From: Eledone cirrhosa
Lineage: Eukaryota
Direction of reading: 5' to 3'
DNA length: 64,000 nt
NCBI GenBank assembly: GCA_964016885.1
Contig: OZ024762.1
Span: forward strand, 28,830,001 to 28,894,000
The notes beneath the pieces are model-generated. The model saw only the letters and a program-made list of their open reading frames with translations. It was not told the DNA's origin and searched no databases. The position numbers and the translations under genes are program-made. Of the stretch, positions 15,001-30,000 are shown piece by piece (position 1 is the stretch's first letter; each line of letters starts with the position of its first letter).

Positions 15001-18000
15001 GGAAGTGTTGACATCACACTCTCTCTTTCTATATATATGGTAGTTGAAGTGGTGGTGGCGGTGGTGGTGGTGGTGGTGGCAATGATATACCGGAAATGTT
15101 GACATCACACTCTCTCTTTCTATATATATGGTAGTTGAAGTGGTGGTGGCGGTGGTGGTGGTGGTGGTGGCAATGATATACCGGGAGTGTTGACATCACA
15201 CTCTCTCTTTCTATATATATGGTAGTTGAAGTGGTGGTGGTGGTGGCAATGATATACCGGAAGTGTATACACCACACTCTCTCTTTCTATATATATGGTA
15301 GTTGAAGTGGTGGTGGTGGTGGTTGTGGTGGTGGTGGCAATGATATACCGGAAGTGTTGACATCACACTCTCTCTTTCTATATATATGGTAGTTGAAGTG
15401 GTGGTGGTGGTGGTGGTGGTGGTGGTGGCAATGATATACCGGAAGTGTTGACATCACACTCTCTCTCTTTCTATATATATCGTAGTGGAAGTGGTGGTGG
15501 TGGTGGTGGTGGTGGTGGTGGTGGCAATGATATACCGGAAGTGTTGACATCACACTCTCTCTTTCTATATATATGGTAGTTGAAGTGGTGGTGGCGGTGG
15601 TGGTGGTGGTGGTGGCAATGATATACCGGGAGTGTTGACATCACACTCTCTCTTTCTATATATATGGTAGTTGAAGTGGTGGTGGTGGTGGTGGTGGTGG
15701 CAATGATATACCGGAGGTGTTGATATCACACTCTCTCTTTCTATATATATGGTAGTTGAAGTGGTGGTGGTGGTGGTGGTGGCAATGATATACCGGAGGT
15801 GTTGACATCACACTCTCTCTTTCTATATATATGGTAGTAGAAGTGGTGGTGGTGGTGGTGGTGGTGGTGGGGGGGGGGGGAAATGATATACTGGAAGTGT
15901 TGACATCACACTCTCTCTTTCTATATATATGGTAGTAGAAGTGGTGGTGGTGGTGGTGGCAATGATATACCGGAAGTGTTGACATCACACTCTCTCTTTC
16001 TATATATATGGTAGTAGAAGTGGTGGTGGTGGTGCTGGTGGCAAATATATACCGTGAGTGTTGACATCACACTCTCTCTTTCTATATATATGGTAGTAGA
16101 AGTGGTGGTGGTGGTTGTGAAGGTGGTGGTGGTGGCAATGATATACCGGAAGTGTTGACATCACACTCTCTCTTTCTATATATATGGTAGTTGAAGTGGT
16201 GGTGGTGGTGGCAATGATATACCGGAAGTGTATACACCACGCTCTCTCTTTCTATATATATGGTAGTTGAAGTGGTGGTGGTGGTGGCAATGATATACCG
16301 GAAGTGTATACACCACACTCTCTCTTTCTATATATATGGTAGTTGAAGTGGTGGTGGTGGTGGCAATGATATACCGGAAGTGTATACACCACACTCTCTC
16401 TTTCTATATATATGGTAGTAGAAGTGGTGGTGGTGGTGGCAATGATATACCGGAAGTGTATACATCACACTCTCTCTTTCTATATATATGGTAGTTGAAG
16501 TGGTGGTGGCGGTGGCAATGATATACCGGAAGTGGTGGTGGTGGGGGAAATGATATACCGGGAGTGTTGACATCACACTCTCTCTTTCTATATATATGGA
16601 AGTTGAAGTGGTGGTGGTGGTGGAGGCAATGATATACCGGAAATGTATACACCACACTCTCTCTTTCTATATATATGGTAGTTGAAGTGGTGGTGGTGGT
16701 GGTGACAATGATATACCGGAAGTGTTGACATCACACTCTCTCTTTCTATATATATGGTAGTTGAAGTGGTGGTGGTGGTGGTGGGGGAAATGATATACCG
16801 GGAGTGTTGACATCACACTCTCTCTTTCTATATATATGGTAGTAGAAGTGGTGGTGGTGGTGGTGGTGGCAATGATATACCGGAGGTGTTGACATCACAC
16901 TCTCTCTTTCTATATATATGGTAGTAGAAGTGGTGGTGGTGGTGGTGGGGGAAATGATATACCGGGAGTGTTGACATCACACTCTCTCTTTCTATATATA
17001 TGGTAGTAGAAGTGGTGGTGGTGGTGGTGGTGGCAATGATATACCGGAGGTGTTGACATCACACTCTCTCTTTCTATATATATGGTAGTAGAAGTGGTGG
17101 TGGTGGTGGTGGCAATGAAATACCGGAGGCGTTGACATCACACTCTCTCTTTCTATAGGTATGGTAGTTGAAGTGGTGGTGGTGGTGGTGACAATGATAT
17201 ACCGGAAGTGTTGACATCACACTCTCTCTTTCTATATATATGGTAGTAGAAGTGGTGGTGGTGGTTGTGGCAATGATATACCGGAAGTGTATACACCACA
17301 CTCTCTCTTTCTATATATATGGTAGTTGAAGTGGTGGTGGTGGTGGTGGTGGTTGCAATGATATACCGAAAGTGTTGCCATCACACTCTCTCTTTCTATA
17401 TATATGGTAGTTGAAGTGGTGGTGGTGGTGGTGGTGGTGGTGGTGGTGGCAATGATATACCGAAAGTGTTGACATCACACTCTCTCTTTCTATATATATG
17501 GTAGTTGAAGTGGTGGTGGTGGTGGCAATGATATACCGGAAGTGTTGACATCACACTCTCTCTTTCTATATATATGGTAGTAGAAGTGGTGGAGGTGGTG
17601 GTGGCAATGATATACCGAAAGTGTTGACATCACACTCTCTCTTTCTATATATATGGTAGTTGAAGTGGTGGTGGTGGTGGTGGTGGTGGTGGTGGCAATG
17701 ATATACCGAAAATGTTGCCATCACACTCTCTCTTTCTATATACATGGTAGTTGAAGTGGTGGTGGTGGTGGCAATGATATACCGGAAGTGTTGACATCAC
17801 ACTCTCTCTTTCTATATATATGGTAGTGGAAGTGATGGTGGTGGTGGCAATGATATACCGAAAGTGTTGACATCACACTCTCTCTTTCTATATATATGGT
17901 AGTAGAAGTGGTGGTGGTGGTGGTGGCAATGATATACCGAAAGTGTTGACATCACACTCTCTCTTTCTATATATATGGTAGTAGAAGTGGTGGTGCTGGT

Positions 18001-21000
18001 GGTGGTGGTGGTGGTGGTGGCAATGATGTACCGGAAGTGTTGACATCACACACTCTTTTTCTATATATATGGTAGTTGAAGTGGTGGTGGTGGTGGCAAT
18101 GATATACCGGAAGTGTTGACATCACACTCTCTCTTTCTATATATATGGTAGTTGAAGTGGTGGTGGTGGTGGTGGTGGTGGCAATGATATACTGGAGGTG
18201 TTGACATCACACTCTCTCTCTTTCTATATATATCGTAGTGGAAGTGGTGGTGGTGGTGGTGGTGGTGGTGGTTGCAATGATATACCGGAAGTGTTGATAT
18301 CACACTCTCTCTTTCTATATATATGGTAGTTGAAGTGGTGGTGGTGGTGGTGGCAATGATATACTGGAGGTGTTGACATCACACTCTCTCTTTCTATATA
18401 TATGGTTGTTGAAGTGGTGGTGGTGGTGGTGGCAATGATATACCGGGAGTGTTGACATCACACTCTCTCTTTCTATATACATGGTAGTTGAAGTGGTGGT
18501 GGTGTCAATGATATACCGGAGGTGTTGACATCACACTCTCTCTTTCTATATATATGGTAGTAGAAGTGGTGGTGGTGGTGGTGGCAATGATATACCAGAA
18601 TTGTTGACATCACACTCTCTCTTTCTATATATATGGTAGTTGAAGTGGTGGTTGTGGTGGTGGCAATGATATACCGGAAGTGTATACACCACACTCTCTC
18701 TTTCTATATATATGGTAGTTGAAGTGGTGGTGGTGGTGGTGGTGGTGGTGGCAATGATATACCGGAGGTGTTGCCATCACACTCTCTCTTTCTATATACA
18801 TGGTAGTTAAAGTGGTGGTGGTGGTGGTGGTGGTGGCAATGATATACCGGGGGTGTTGACATCACACTCTCTCTTTCTATATATATGCTAGTAGAAGTGG
18901 AGGTGGTGGTGGTGGTGGCAATGATATACCGGAGGTGTTGACATCACACTCTCTCTTTCTATATATATGGTAGTAGAAGTGGTGGTGGTGGTGGTGGCAA
19001 TGATATACCGGAAGTGTTGACATCACACACTCTCTTTCTATATATATGGTAGTTGAAGTGGTGGTGGTGCTGGTGGTGGTGGCAATGATATACCGGAAGT
19101 GTTGACATCACACTCTCTCTTTCTATATGTATGGTAGTTGAAGTGGTGGTGGTGGCAATGATATACTGGAAGTGTTGACATCACACTCTCTCTTTCTATA
19201 TATATGGTAGTAGAAGTGGTGGTGGTGGTGGTGGCAATGATATACCGGAAGTGTTGACATCACACTCTCTCTTTCTATATATATGGTGTTGAAGTGGTGG
19301 TGGTGGTGGCAATGATATACCGGGAGTGTTGACATCACACTCTCTCTTTCTATATATATGGTAGTTGAAGTGGTGGTGGTGGTGGCAATGATATACCGGG
19401 AGTGTTGACATCAAGCTCTCTCTTTCTATATATATGGTAGTTGAAGTGGTGGTGGTGGTGTTGGCAATGATATACCGGAGGCGTTGACATCACACTCTCT
19501 CTTTCTATATATATGGTAGTAGAAGTGGTGGTGGTGGTGGTGGGGGAAATGATATACCGGGAGTGTTGACATCACACTCTCTCTTTCTATATATATGGTA
19601 GTTGAAGTCGTGATGGTGGTGGCAATGATATACTGGAAGTGTTGACATCACACTCTCTCTTTCTATATATATGGTAGTTGAAGTGGTGGTGGTGGTGGTG
19701 GCAATGATATACCGGAGGCATTGACATCACACTCTCTCTTTCTATATATATGGTAGTTGAAGTGGTGGTGGTGGTGGCAATGATATACCGGAAGTGTTGA
19801 CATCACACACTCTCTTTCTATAGATATGGTAGTTGAAGTGGTGGTGGTGGTGGTGGCAATGATATACCGGAGGTGTTGACATCACATTCTCTCTTTCTAT
19901 ATATATGGTAGTTGAAGTGGTGGTGGTGGTGGCAATGATATACCGGAAGTGTTGACATCACACTCTCTCTTTCTATATATATGGTAGTAGAAGTGGTGGT
20001 GGTGATGGTGGCAATGATATACTGGAAGTGTTGACATCACACTCTCTCTCTTTCTATATATATGGTACTTGAAGTGGTGGTGGTGGTGGTGGCAATGATA
20101 TACCGGAAGTGTTGACATCACACTCTCTCTTTCTATATATATGGTAGTAGAAGTGGTGGTGGTGGTGGTGGTGGCAATGATATACTGGAAGTGTTGACAT
20201 CACACTCTCTCTTTCTATATATATGGTAGTTGAAGTCGTGATGGTGGTGGCAATGATATACTGGAAGTGTTGACATCACACTCTCTCTTTCTATATATAT
20301 GGTAGTTGAAGTGGTGGTGGTGGTGGTGGCAATGATATACCGGAGGCATTGACATCACACTCTCTCTTTCTATATATATGGTAGTTGAAGTGGTGGTGGT
20401 GGTGGCAATGATATACCGGAAGTGTTGACATCACACACTCTCTTTCTATAGATATGGTAGTTGAAGTGGTGGTGGTGGTGGTGGCAATGATATACCGGAG
20501 GTGTTGACATCACACTCTCTCTTTCTATATATATGGTAGTTGAAGTCTTGATGGTGGTGGCAATGATATACTGGAAGTGTTGACATCACACTCTCTCTTT
20601 CTATATATATGGTAGTTGAAGTCGTGATGGTGGTGGCAATGATATACCGGAAGTGTTGACATCACACTCTCTCTTTCTATATATATGGTGTTGAAGTGGT
20701 GGTGGTGGTGGCAATGATATACCGGGAGTGTTGACATCACACTCTCTCTTTCTATATATATGGTAGTTGAAGTCGTGATGGTGGTGGCAATGATATACCG
20801 GAGGCGTTGACATCACACTCTCTCTTTCTATATATATGGTAGTTGAAGTTGTGGTGGTGGTGGCAATGATATACCGGAAGTGTTGACATCACATTCTCTC
20901 TTTCTATATATATGGTAGTTGAAGTGGTGGTGGTGGTGGTGGTGGCAATGATATACCGAAAGTGTTGACATCTCACTCTCTCTTTCTATATATATGGTAG

Positions 21001-24000
21001 TGGAAGTGGTGGTGGTGGTGGCAATGATATACCGGAAGTGTTGACATCACACTCTCTCTTTCTATATATATGGTAGTGGAAGTGGTGGTGGTGGTTGTGG
21101 CAATGATATACCGAAAGTGTTGACATCACACTCTCTCTTTCTATATATATGGTAGTTGAAGTGGTGGTGGTGGTGGCAATGATATACCGGAAGTGTTGAC
21201 ATCACACTCTCTCTTTCTATATATATGGTAGTAGAAGTGGTGGTGGTGATGGTGGCAATGATATACTGGAAGTGTTGACATCACACTCTCTCTCTTTCTA
21301 TATATATGGTACTTGAAGTGGTGGTGGTGGTGGTGGCAATGATATATTGGAAGTGTTGACATCACACTCTCTCTTTCTATATATATGGTAGTTGAAATGG
21401 TGGTGGTGGTGGTGGCAATGATATACTGGAAGTGTTGACATCACACTCTCTCTCTTTCTATATATATGGTACTTGAAGTGGTGGTGGTGGTGGTGGCAAT
21501 GATATACTGGAAGTGTTGACATCACACTCTCTCTTTCTATATATATGGTACTTGAAGTGGTGGTGGTGGTGGTGGCAATGATATATTGGAAGTGTTGACA
21601 TCACACTCTCTCTTTCTATATACATGGTAGTTGAAGTGGTGGTGGTGGTGGTGGTGGTGGCAATGATATACCGGAGGTGTTGACATCACACTCTCTCTTT
21701 CTATATACATGGTAGTTGAAGTGGTGGTGGTGGTTGCAATGATATACCGGAAGTGTTGACATCACACTCTCTCTTTCTATATATATGGTAGTAGAAGTGG
21801 TGGTGGTGGTGGTGGCAATGATATACCGGAGGCGTTGACATCACACTCTCTCTTTCTATATATATAGTAGTTGAAGTGGTGGTGGTGGTGGTGGTGGTGG
21901 CAATGATATACCGGAAGTGTTGACATCACACTCTCTCTCTTTCTATATACATGGTAGTAGAAGTGGTGGTGGTGGCAATGATATACCGGAGGTGTTGACA
22001 TCACACTCTCTCTTTCTATATATATGGTAGTAGAAGTGGTGGTGGTGGTGGTGGGGGAAATGATATACCGGGAGTGTTGACATCACACTCTCTCTTTCTA
22101 TATATATGGTAGTAGGAGTGGTGGTGGTGGTGGTGGTGGCAATGATATACCGGAGGTGTTGACATCACACTCTCTCTTTCTATATATATGGTAGTAGAAG
22201 TGGTGGTGGTGGTGGTGGCAATGATATACCGGAAGTGTTGACATCACACTCTCTCTCTTTCTATATATATCGTAGTGGAAGTGGTGGTGGTGGTGGTGGC
22301 AATGATATACCGGAAGTGTTGACATCAGACACTCTCTTTCTATATATATGGTAGTTGAAGTGGTGTTGGTGGTTGCAATGATATACCGGAAGTGTTGACA
22401 TCACACTCTCTCTTTCTATATATATGGTAGTTGAAGTGGTGGTGGTGGTGGTGGCAATGATATACCGGGTGTATTGACATCACACTCTCTCTTTCTATAT
22501 ACATGGTAGTTGAAGTGGTGGTGGTGGTGGTGGCAATGATATGCCGGAAGTGGTGGTGGTGGGGGAAATGATATACCCGGAGTGTTGACATCACACTCTC
22601 TCTTTCTATATATTTGTTAGTTGAAGTGGTGGTGGTGGTGGTGGCAATGATATACCGGAAGTGTTGACATCACACTCTCTCTCTTTCTATATATATGGTA
22701 CTTGAAGTGGTGGTGGTGGTGGCAATGATATACTGGAAGTGTTGACATCACACTCTCTCTTTCTATATATATGGTACTTGAAGTGGTGGTGGTGGTGGTG
22801 GCAATGATATATTGGAAGTGTTGACATCACACTCTCTCTTTCTATATACATGGTAGTTGAAGTGGTGGTGGTGGTGGTGGGGGAAATGATATACCGGGAG
22901 TGTTGACATCACACTCTCTCTTTCTATATATATGGTAGTTGAAATGGTGGTGTTGGTTGCAATGATATACCGGAAGTGTTGACATCACACTCTCTCTTTC
23001 TATATATATGGTAGTAGAAGTGGTGGTGGTGGTGGTGGCAATGATATACCGGAGGCGTTGACATCACACTCTCTCTTTCTATATATATAGTAGTTGAAGT
23101 GGTGGTGGTGGTGGTGGTGGTGGTGGTGGCAATGATATACCGGAGGCGTTGACATCACACTCTCTATTTCTATATATATGGTAGTTGAAGTGGTGGGGGT
23201 GGTGGCAATGATATACCGGAGGTGTTGACATCACACTCTCTCTTTCTATATATATGGTAGTTGAAGTGGTGTTGGTGGTTGCAATGATATACCGGAAGTG
23301 TTGACATCACACTCTCTCTTTCTATATATATGGTAGTTGAAGTGGTGGTGGTGGTGGTGGCAATGATATACTGGAGTTGTTGACATCACACTCTCTCTTT
23401 CTATATATATGGTAGTTGAAGTGGTGGTGGTGGTGGTGGCAATGATATACCGGGTGTGTTGACATCACACTCTCTCTTTCTATATACATGGTAGTTGAAG
23501 TGGTGGTGGTGTCAATGATATACCGGAGGTGTTGACATCACACTCTCTCTTTCTATATATATGGTAGTTAAAGTGGTGGTGGTGGTGGTGGCAATGATAT
23601 ACCAGAATTGTTGACATCACACTCTCTCTTTCTATATACATGGTAGTTGAAGTGGTGGTGGTGGTGGTGGCAATGATATGCCGGAAGTGGTGGTGGTGGG
23701 GGAAATGATATACCCGGAGTGTTGACATCACACTCTCTCTTTCTATATATTTGTTAGTTGAAGTGGTGGTGGTGGTGGTGGCAATGATATACTGGAAGTG
23801 TTGGCATCACACTCTCTCTTTCTATATATATGGTCGTTGAAGTGGTGGTGGCGGTGGTGGCAATGATATACCGGAAGTGTTGACATCACACTCTCTCTTT
23901 CTATATATTTGTTAGTTGAAGTGGTGGTGGTGGTGGTGGCAATGATATACCGGAAGTGTTGACATCACACTCTCTCTTTCTATATATATGGTAGTTGAAG

Positions 24001-27000
24001 TGGTGGTGGTGGCAATGATATACTGGAAGTGTTGACATCACATCCTCTCTTTCTATATATATGGTAGTAGAAGTGGTGGTGGTGGTGGCAATGATATACC
24101 GGGAGTGTTGACATCACACTCTCTCTTTCTATATATATGGTAGTTGAAGTGGTGGTGGTGGTGGCAATGATATACCAGGAGTGTTGACATCAAGCTCTCT
24201 CTTTCTATATATATGGTAGTTGAAGTGGTGGTGGTGGTGGTGGCAATGATATACCGGAGGCGTTGACATCACACTCTCTCTTTTTATATATATGGTAGTA
24301 GAAGTGGTGGTGGTGGTGGTGGGGGAAATGATATACCGGGAGTGTTGACATCACACTCTCTCTTTCTATATATATGGTAGTTGAAGTCGTGATGGTGGTG
24401 GCAATGATATACTGGAAGTGTTGACATCACACTCTCTCTTTCTATATATATGGTAGTAGAAGTGGTGGTGGTGGTGGCAATGATATACTGGAAGTGTTGA
24501 CATCACACTCTCTCTTTCTATATATATGGTAGTTGAAGTCGTGATGGTGGTGGTGGTGGCAATGATATACTGGAAGTGTTGACATCACACTCTCTCTTTC
24601 TATATATATGGTAGTTGAAGTGGTGGTGGTGGTGGTGGCAATGATATACTGGAAGTGTTGACATCACACTCTCTCTCTTTCTATATATATGGTACTTGAA
24701 GTGGTGGTGGTGGTGGTGGCAATGATATATTGGAAGTGTTGACATCACACTCTCTCTTTCTATATACATGGTAGTTGAAGTGGTGGTGGTGGTGGTGGGG
24801 GAAATCATATACCGGGAGTGTTGACATCACACTCTCTCTTTCTAAATATATGGTAGTTGAAATGGTGGTGTTGGTTGCAATGATATACCGGAAGTGTTGA
24901 CATCTCACTCTCTCTTTCTATATATATGGTAGTAGAAGTGGTGGTGGTGGTGGTGGCAATGATATACCGGAGGCGTTGACATCACACTCTCTCTTTCTAT
25001 ATATATAGTAGTTGAAGTGGTGGTGGTGGTGGTGGTGGTGGTGGTGGCAATGATATACCGGAGGCGTTGACATCACACTCTCTATTTCTATATATATGGT
25101 AGTTGAAGTGGTGGGGGTGGTGGCAATGATATACCGGAGGTGTTGACATCACACTCTCTCTTTCTATATATATGGTAGTTGAAGTGGTGGTGGTGGTGGT
25201 GGTGGTGGCAATGATATACCGGAAGTGTTGACATCACACTCTCTCTTTCTATATATATGGTAGTTGAAGTGGTGGTGGTGGTGGTGGTGGTGGCAATGAT
25301 ATACCGAAAGTGTTGACATCACACACTCTCTTTCTATATATATGGTAGTTGAAGTGGTGGTGGTGGTGGTGGTGGTGGTGGTGGTGGTGGTGGTGGTGGT
25401 GGTGGTGGTGGTGGTGGTGGTGGTGGCAATGATATACCGAAAGTGTTGACATCACACTCTCTCTTTCTATATATATGGTAGTAGAAGTGGTGGTGGTGGT
25501 GGTGGGGGAAATGATATACCGGGAGTGTTGACATCACACTCTCTCTTTCTATATATATGGTAGTTGAAATGGTGGTGGTGGTGGCAATGATATACCGGAG
25601 GTGTTCACATCACACTCTCTCTTTCTATATATATGGTAGTAGAAGTGGTGGTGGTGGTGGTGGTGGCAATGATATACCGGAGGTGTTGACATCACACTCT
25701 CTCCTTCTATATATATGGTAGTAGAAGTGGTGGTGGTGGTGGTGGCAATGATATACCGGAAGTGTTGACATCACACACTCTCTTGCTATATATATGGTAG
25801 TTGAAGTGGTGTTGGTGGTTGCAATGATATACCGGAAGTGTTGACATCACACTCTCTCTTTCTATATATATGGTAGTTGAAGTGGTGGTGGTGGTGGTGG
25901 TGGCAATGATATACCGGAAGTGTTGACATCACACTCTCTCTTTCTATATATATGGTCGTTGAAGTGGTGGTGGTGGTGGTGGCAATGATATACCGAAAGT
26001 GTTGACATCACACTCTCTCTTTCTATATATATGGTAGTTGAAGTGGTGGTGGTGGCAATGATATACTGGAAGTGTTGACATCACATCCTCTCTTTCTATA
26101 TATATGGTAGTAGAAGTGGTGGTGGTGGTGGCAATGATATACCGGGAGTGTTGACATCACACTCTCTCTTTCTATATATATGGTAGTTGAAGTGGTGGTG
26201 GTGGTGGCAATGATATACCGGGAGTGTTGACATCAAGCTCTCTCTTTCTATATATATGGTAGTTGAAGTGGTGGTGGTGGTGGTGGCAATGATATACCGG
26301 AGGCGTTGACATCACACTCTCTCTTTCTATATATATGGTAGTAGAAGTGGTGGTGGTGGTGGTGGGCGAAATGATATACCGGGAGTGTTGACATCACACT
26401 CTCTCTTTCTATATTTATGGTAGTTGAAGTCGTGATGGTGGTGGCAATGATATACTGGAAGTGTTGACATCACACTCTCTCTTTCTATATATATGGTAGT
26501 TGAAGTGGTGGTGGTGGTGGTGGCAATGATATACTGGAAGTGTTGACATCACACTCTCTCTCTTTCTATATATATGGTACTTGAAGTGGTGGTGGTGGTG
26601 GTGGCAATGATATATTGGAAGTGTTGACATCACACTCTCTCTTTCTATATACATGGTAGTTGAAGTGGTGGTGGTGGTGGTGGTGGGGGAAATGATATAC
26701 CGGGAGTGTTGACATCACACTCTCTCTTTCTATATATATGGTAGTTGAAATGGTGGTGGTTGTGGCAATGATATACCGGAAGTGTTGACATCACACTCTC
26801 TCTTTCTATATATATGGTAGTAGAAGTGGTGGTGGTGGTGGTGGCAATGATATACCGGAGGCGTTGACATCACACTCTCTCTTTCTATATATATAGTAGT
26901 TGAAGTGGTGGTGGTGGTGGTGGTGGTGGTGGTGGCAATGATATACCGGAGGCGTTGACATCACACTCTTTATTTCTATATATATGGTAGTTGAAGTGGT

Positions 27001-30000
27001 GGGGGTGGTGGCAATGATATACCGGAGGTGTTGACATCACACTCTCTCTTTCTATATATATGGTAGTTGAAGTGGTGGTGGTGGTGGTGGCAATGATATA
27101 CCGGAAGTGTTGACATCACACTCTCTCTTTCTATATATATGGTAGTTGAAGTGGTGGTGGTGGTGGTGGTGGTGGCAATGATATACAGAAAGTGTTGACA
27201 TCACACACTCTCTTTCTATATATATGGTAGTTGAAGTGGTGGTGGTGGTGGTGGTGGTGGTGGTGGTGGTGGCAATGATATACCGAAAGTGTTGACATCA
27301 CACTCTCTCTTTCTATATATAAGGTAGTAGAATTGGTGGTGGTGGTGGTGGGGGAAATGATATACCGGGAGTGTTGACATCACACTCTCTCTTTCTATAT
27401 ATATGGTAGTTGAAATGGTGGTGGTGGTGGCAATGATATACCGGAGGTGTTGACATCACACTCTCTCTTTCTATATATATGGTAGTAGAAGTGGTGGTGG
27501 TGGTGGTGGCAATGATATACCGGAAGTGTTGACATCACACACTCTCTTTCTATATATATGGTAGTTGAAGTGGTGTTGGTGGTTGCAATGATATACCGGA
27601 AGTGTTGACATCACACTCTCTCTTTCTATATATATGGTAGTTGAAGTGGTGGTGGTGGTGGTGGTGGTGGTGGTGGCAATGATATACCGGAAGTGTTGAC
27701 ATCACACTCTCTCTTTCTATATATATGGTAGTTGAAGTGGTGGTGGTGGTGGTGGTGGCAATGATATACCGGAAGTGTTGACATCACACTCTCTCTCTTT
27801 CTATATATATGGTAGTTGAAGTGGTGGTGGTGGTGGTGGCAATGATATACCGGGTGTGTTGACATCACACTCTCTCTTTCTATATACATGGTAGTTGAAG
27901 TGGTGGTGGTGTCAATGATATACCGGAGGTGTTGACATCACACTCTCTCTTTCTATATATATGGTAGTTAAAGTGGTGGTGGTGGTGGTGGCAATGATAT
28001 ACCAGAATTGTTGACATCACACTCTCTCTTTCTATATACATGGTAGTTGAAGTGGTGGTGGTGGTGGTGGCAATGATATGCCGGAAGTGGTGGTGGTGGG
28101 GGAAATGATATACCCGGAGTGTTGACATCACACTCTCTCTTTCTATATATTTGTTAGTTGAAGTGGTGGTGGTGGTGGTGGCAATGATATACTGGAAGTG
28201 TTGGCATCACACTCTCTCTTTCTATATATATGGTCGTTGAAGTGGTGGTGGCGGTGGTGGCAATGATATACCGGAAGTGTCGACATCACACTCTCTCTTT
28301 CTATATATATGGTCGTTGAAGTGGTGGTGGTGGTGGTGGCAATGATATACCGAAAGTGTTGACATCACACTCTCTCTTTCTATATATATGGTAGTTGAAG
28401 TGGTGGTGGTGGTGGCAATGATATACCGGGAGTGTTGACATCACATCCTCTCTTTCTATATATATGGTAGTAGAAGTGGTGGTGGTGGTGGCAATGATAT
28501 ACCGGGAGTGTTGACATCACACTCTCTCTTTCTATATATATGGTAGTTGAAGTGGTGGCGGTGGTGGCAATGATATACCAGGAGTGTTGACATCAAGCTC
28601 TCTCTTTCTATATATATGGTAGTTGAAGTGGTGGTGGTGGTGGTGGCAATGATATACCGGAGGCGTTGACATCACACTCTCTCTTTCTATATATATGGTA
28701 GTAGAAGTGGTGGTGGTGGTGGTGGGGGAAATGATATACCGGGAGTGTTGACATCACACTCTCTCTTTCTATATATATGGTAGTTGAAGTCGTGATGGTG
28801 GTGGCAATGATATACTGGAAGTGTTGACATCACACTCTCTCTTTCTATATATATGGTAGTTGAAGTGGTGGTGGTGGTGGTGGCAATGATATACTGGAAG
28901 TGTTGACATCACACTCTCTCTCTTTCTATATATATGGTACTTGAAGTGGTGGTGGTGGTGGTGGCAATGATATATTGGAAGTGTTGACATCACACTCTCT
29001 CTTTCTATATACATGGTAGTTGAAGTGGTGGTGGTGGTGGTGGGGGAAATCATATACCGGGAGTGTTGACATCACACTCTCTCTTTCTATATATATGGTA
29101 GTTGAAATGGTGGTGTTGGTTGCAATGATATACCGGAAGTGTTGACATCACACTCTCTCTTTCTATATATATGGTAGTAGAAGTGGTGGTGGTGGTGGTG
29201 GCAATGATATACCGGAGGCGTTGACATCACACTCTCTCTTTCTATATATATAGTAGTTGAAGTGGTGGTGGTGGTGGTGGTGGTGGTGGTGGCAATGATA
29301 TACCGGAGGCGTTGACATCACACTCTCTATTTCTATATATATGGTAGTTGAAGTGGTGGGGGTGGTGGCAATGATATACCGGAGGTGTTGACATCACACT
29401 CTCTCTTTCTATATATATGGTAGTTGAAGTGGTGGTGGTGGTGGTGGTGGTGGCAATGATATACCGGAAGTGTTGACATCACACTCTCTCTTTCTATATA
29501 TATGGTAGTTGAAGTGGTGGTGGTGGTGGTGGTGGTGGCAATGATATACCGAAAGTGTTGACATCACACACTCTCTTTCTATATATATGGTAGTTGAAGT
29601 GGTGGTGGTGGTGGTGGTGGTGGTGGTGGTGGTGGCAATGATATACCGAAAGTGTTGACATCACACTCTCTCTTTCTATATATATGGTAGTAGAAGTGGT
29701 GGTGGTGGTGGTGGGGGAAATGATATACCGGGAGTGTTGACATCACACTCTCTCTTTCTATATATATGGTAGTTGAAATGGTGGTGGTGGTGGCAATGAT
29801 ATACCGGAGGTGTTGACATCACACTCTCTCTTTCTATATATATGGTAGTAGAAGTGGTGGTGGTGGTGGTGGTGGCAATGATATACCGGAGGTGTTGACA
29901 TCACACTCTCTCTTTCTATATATATGGTAGTAGAAGTGGTGGTGGTGGTGGTGGCAATGATATACCGGAAGTGTTGACATCACACACTCTCTTTCTATAT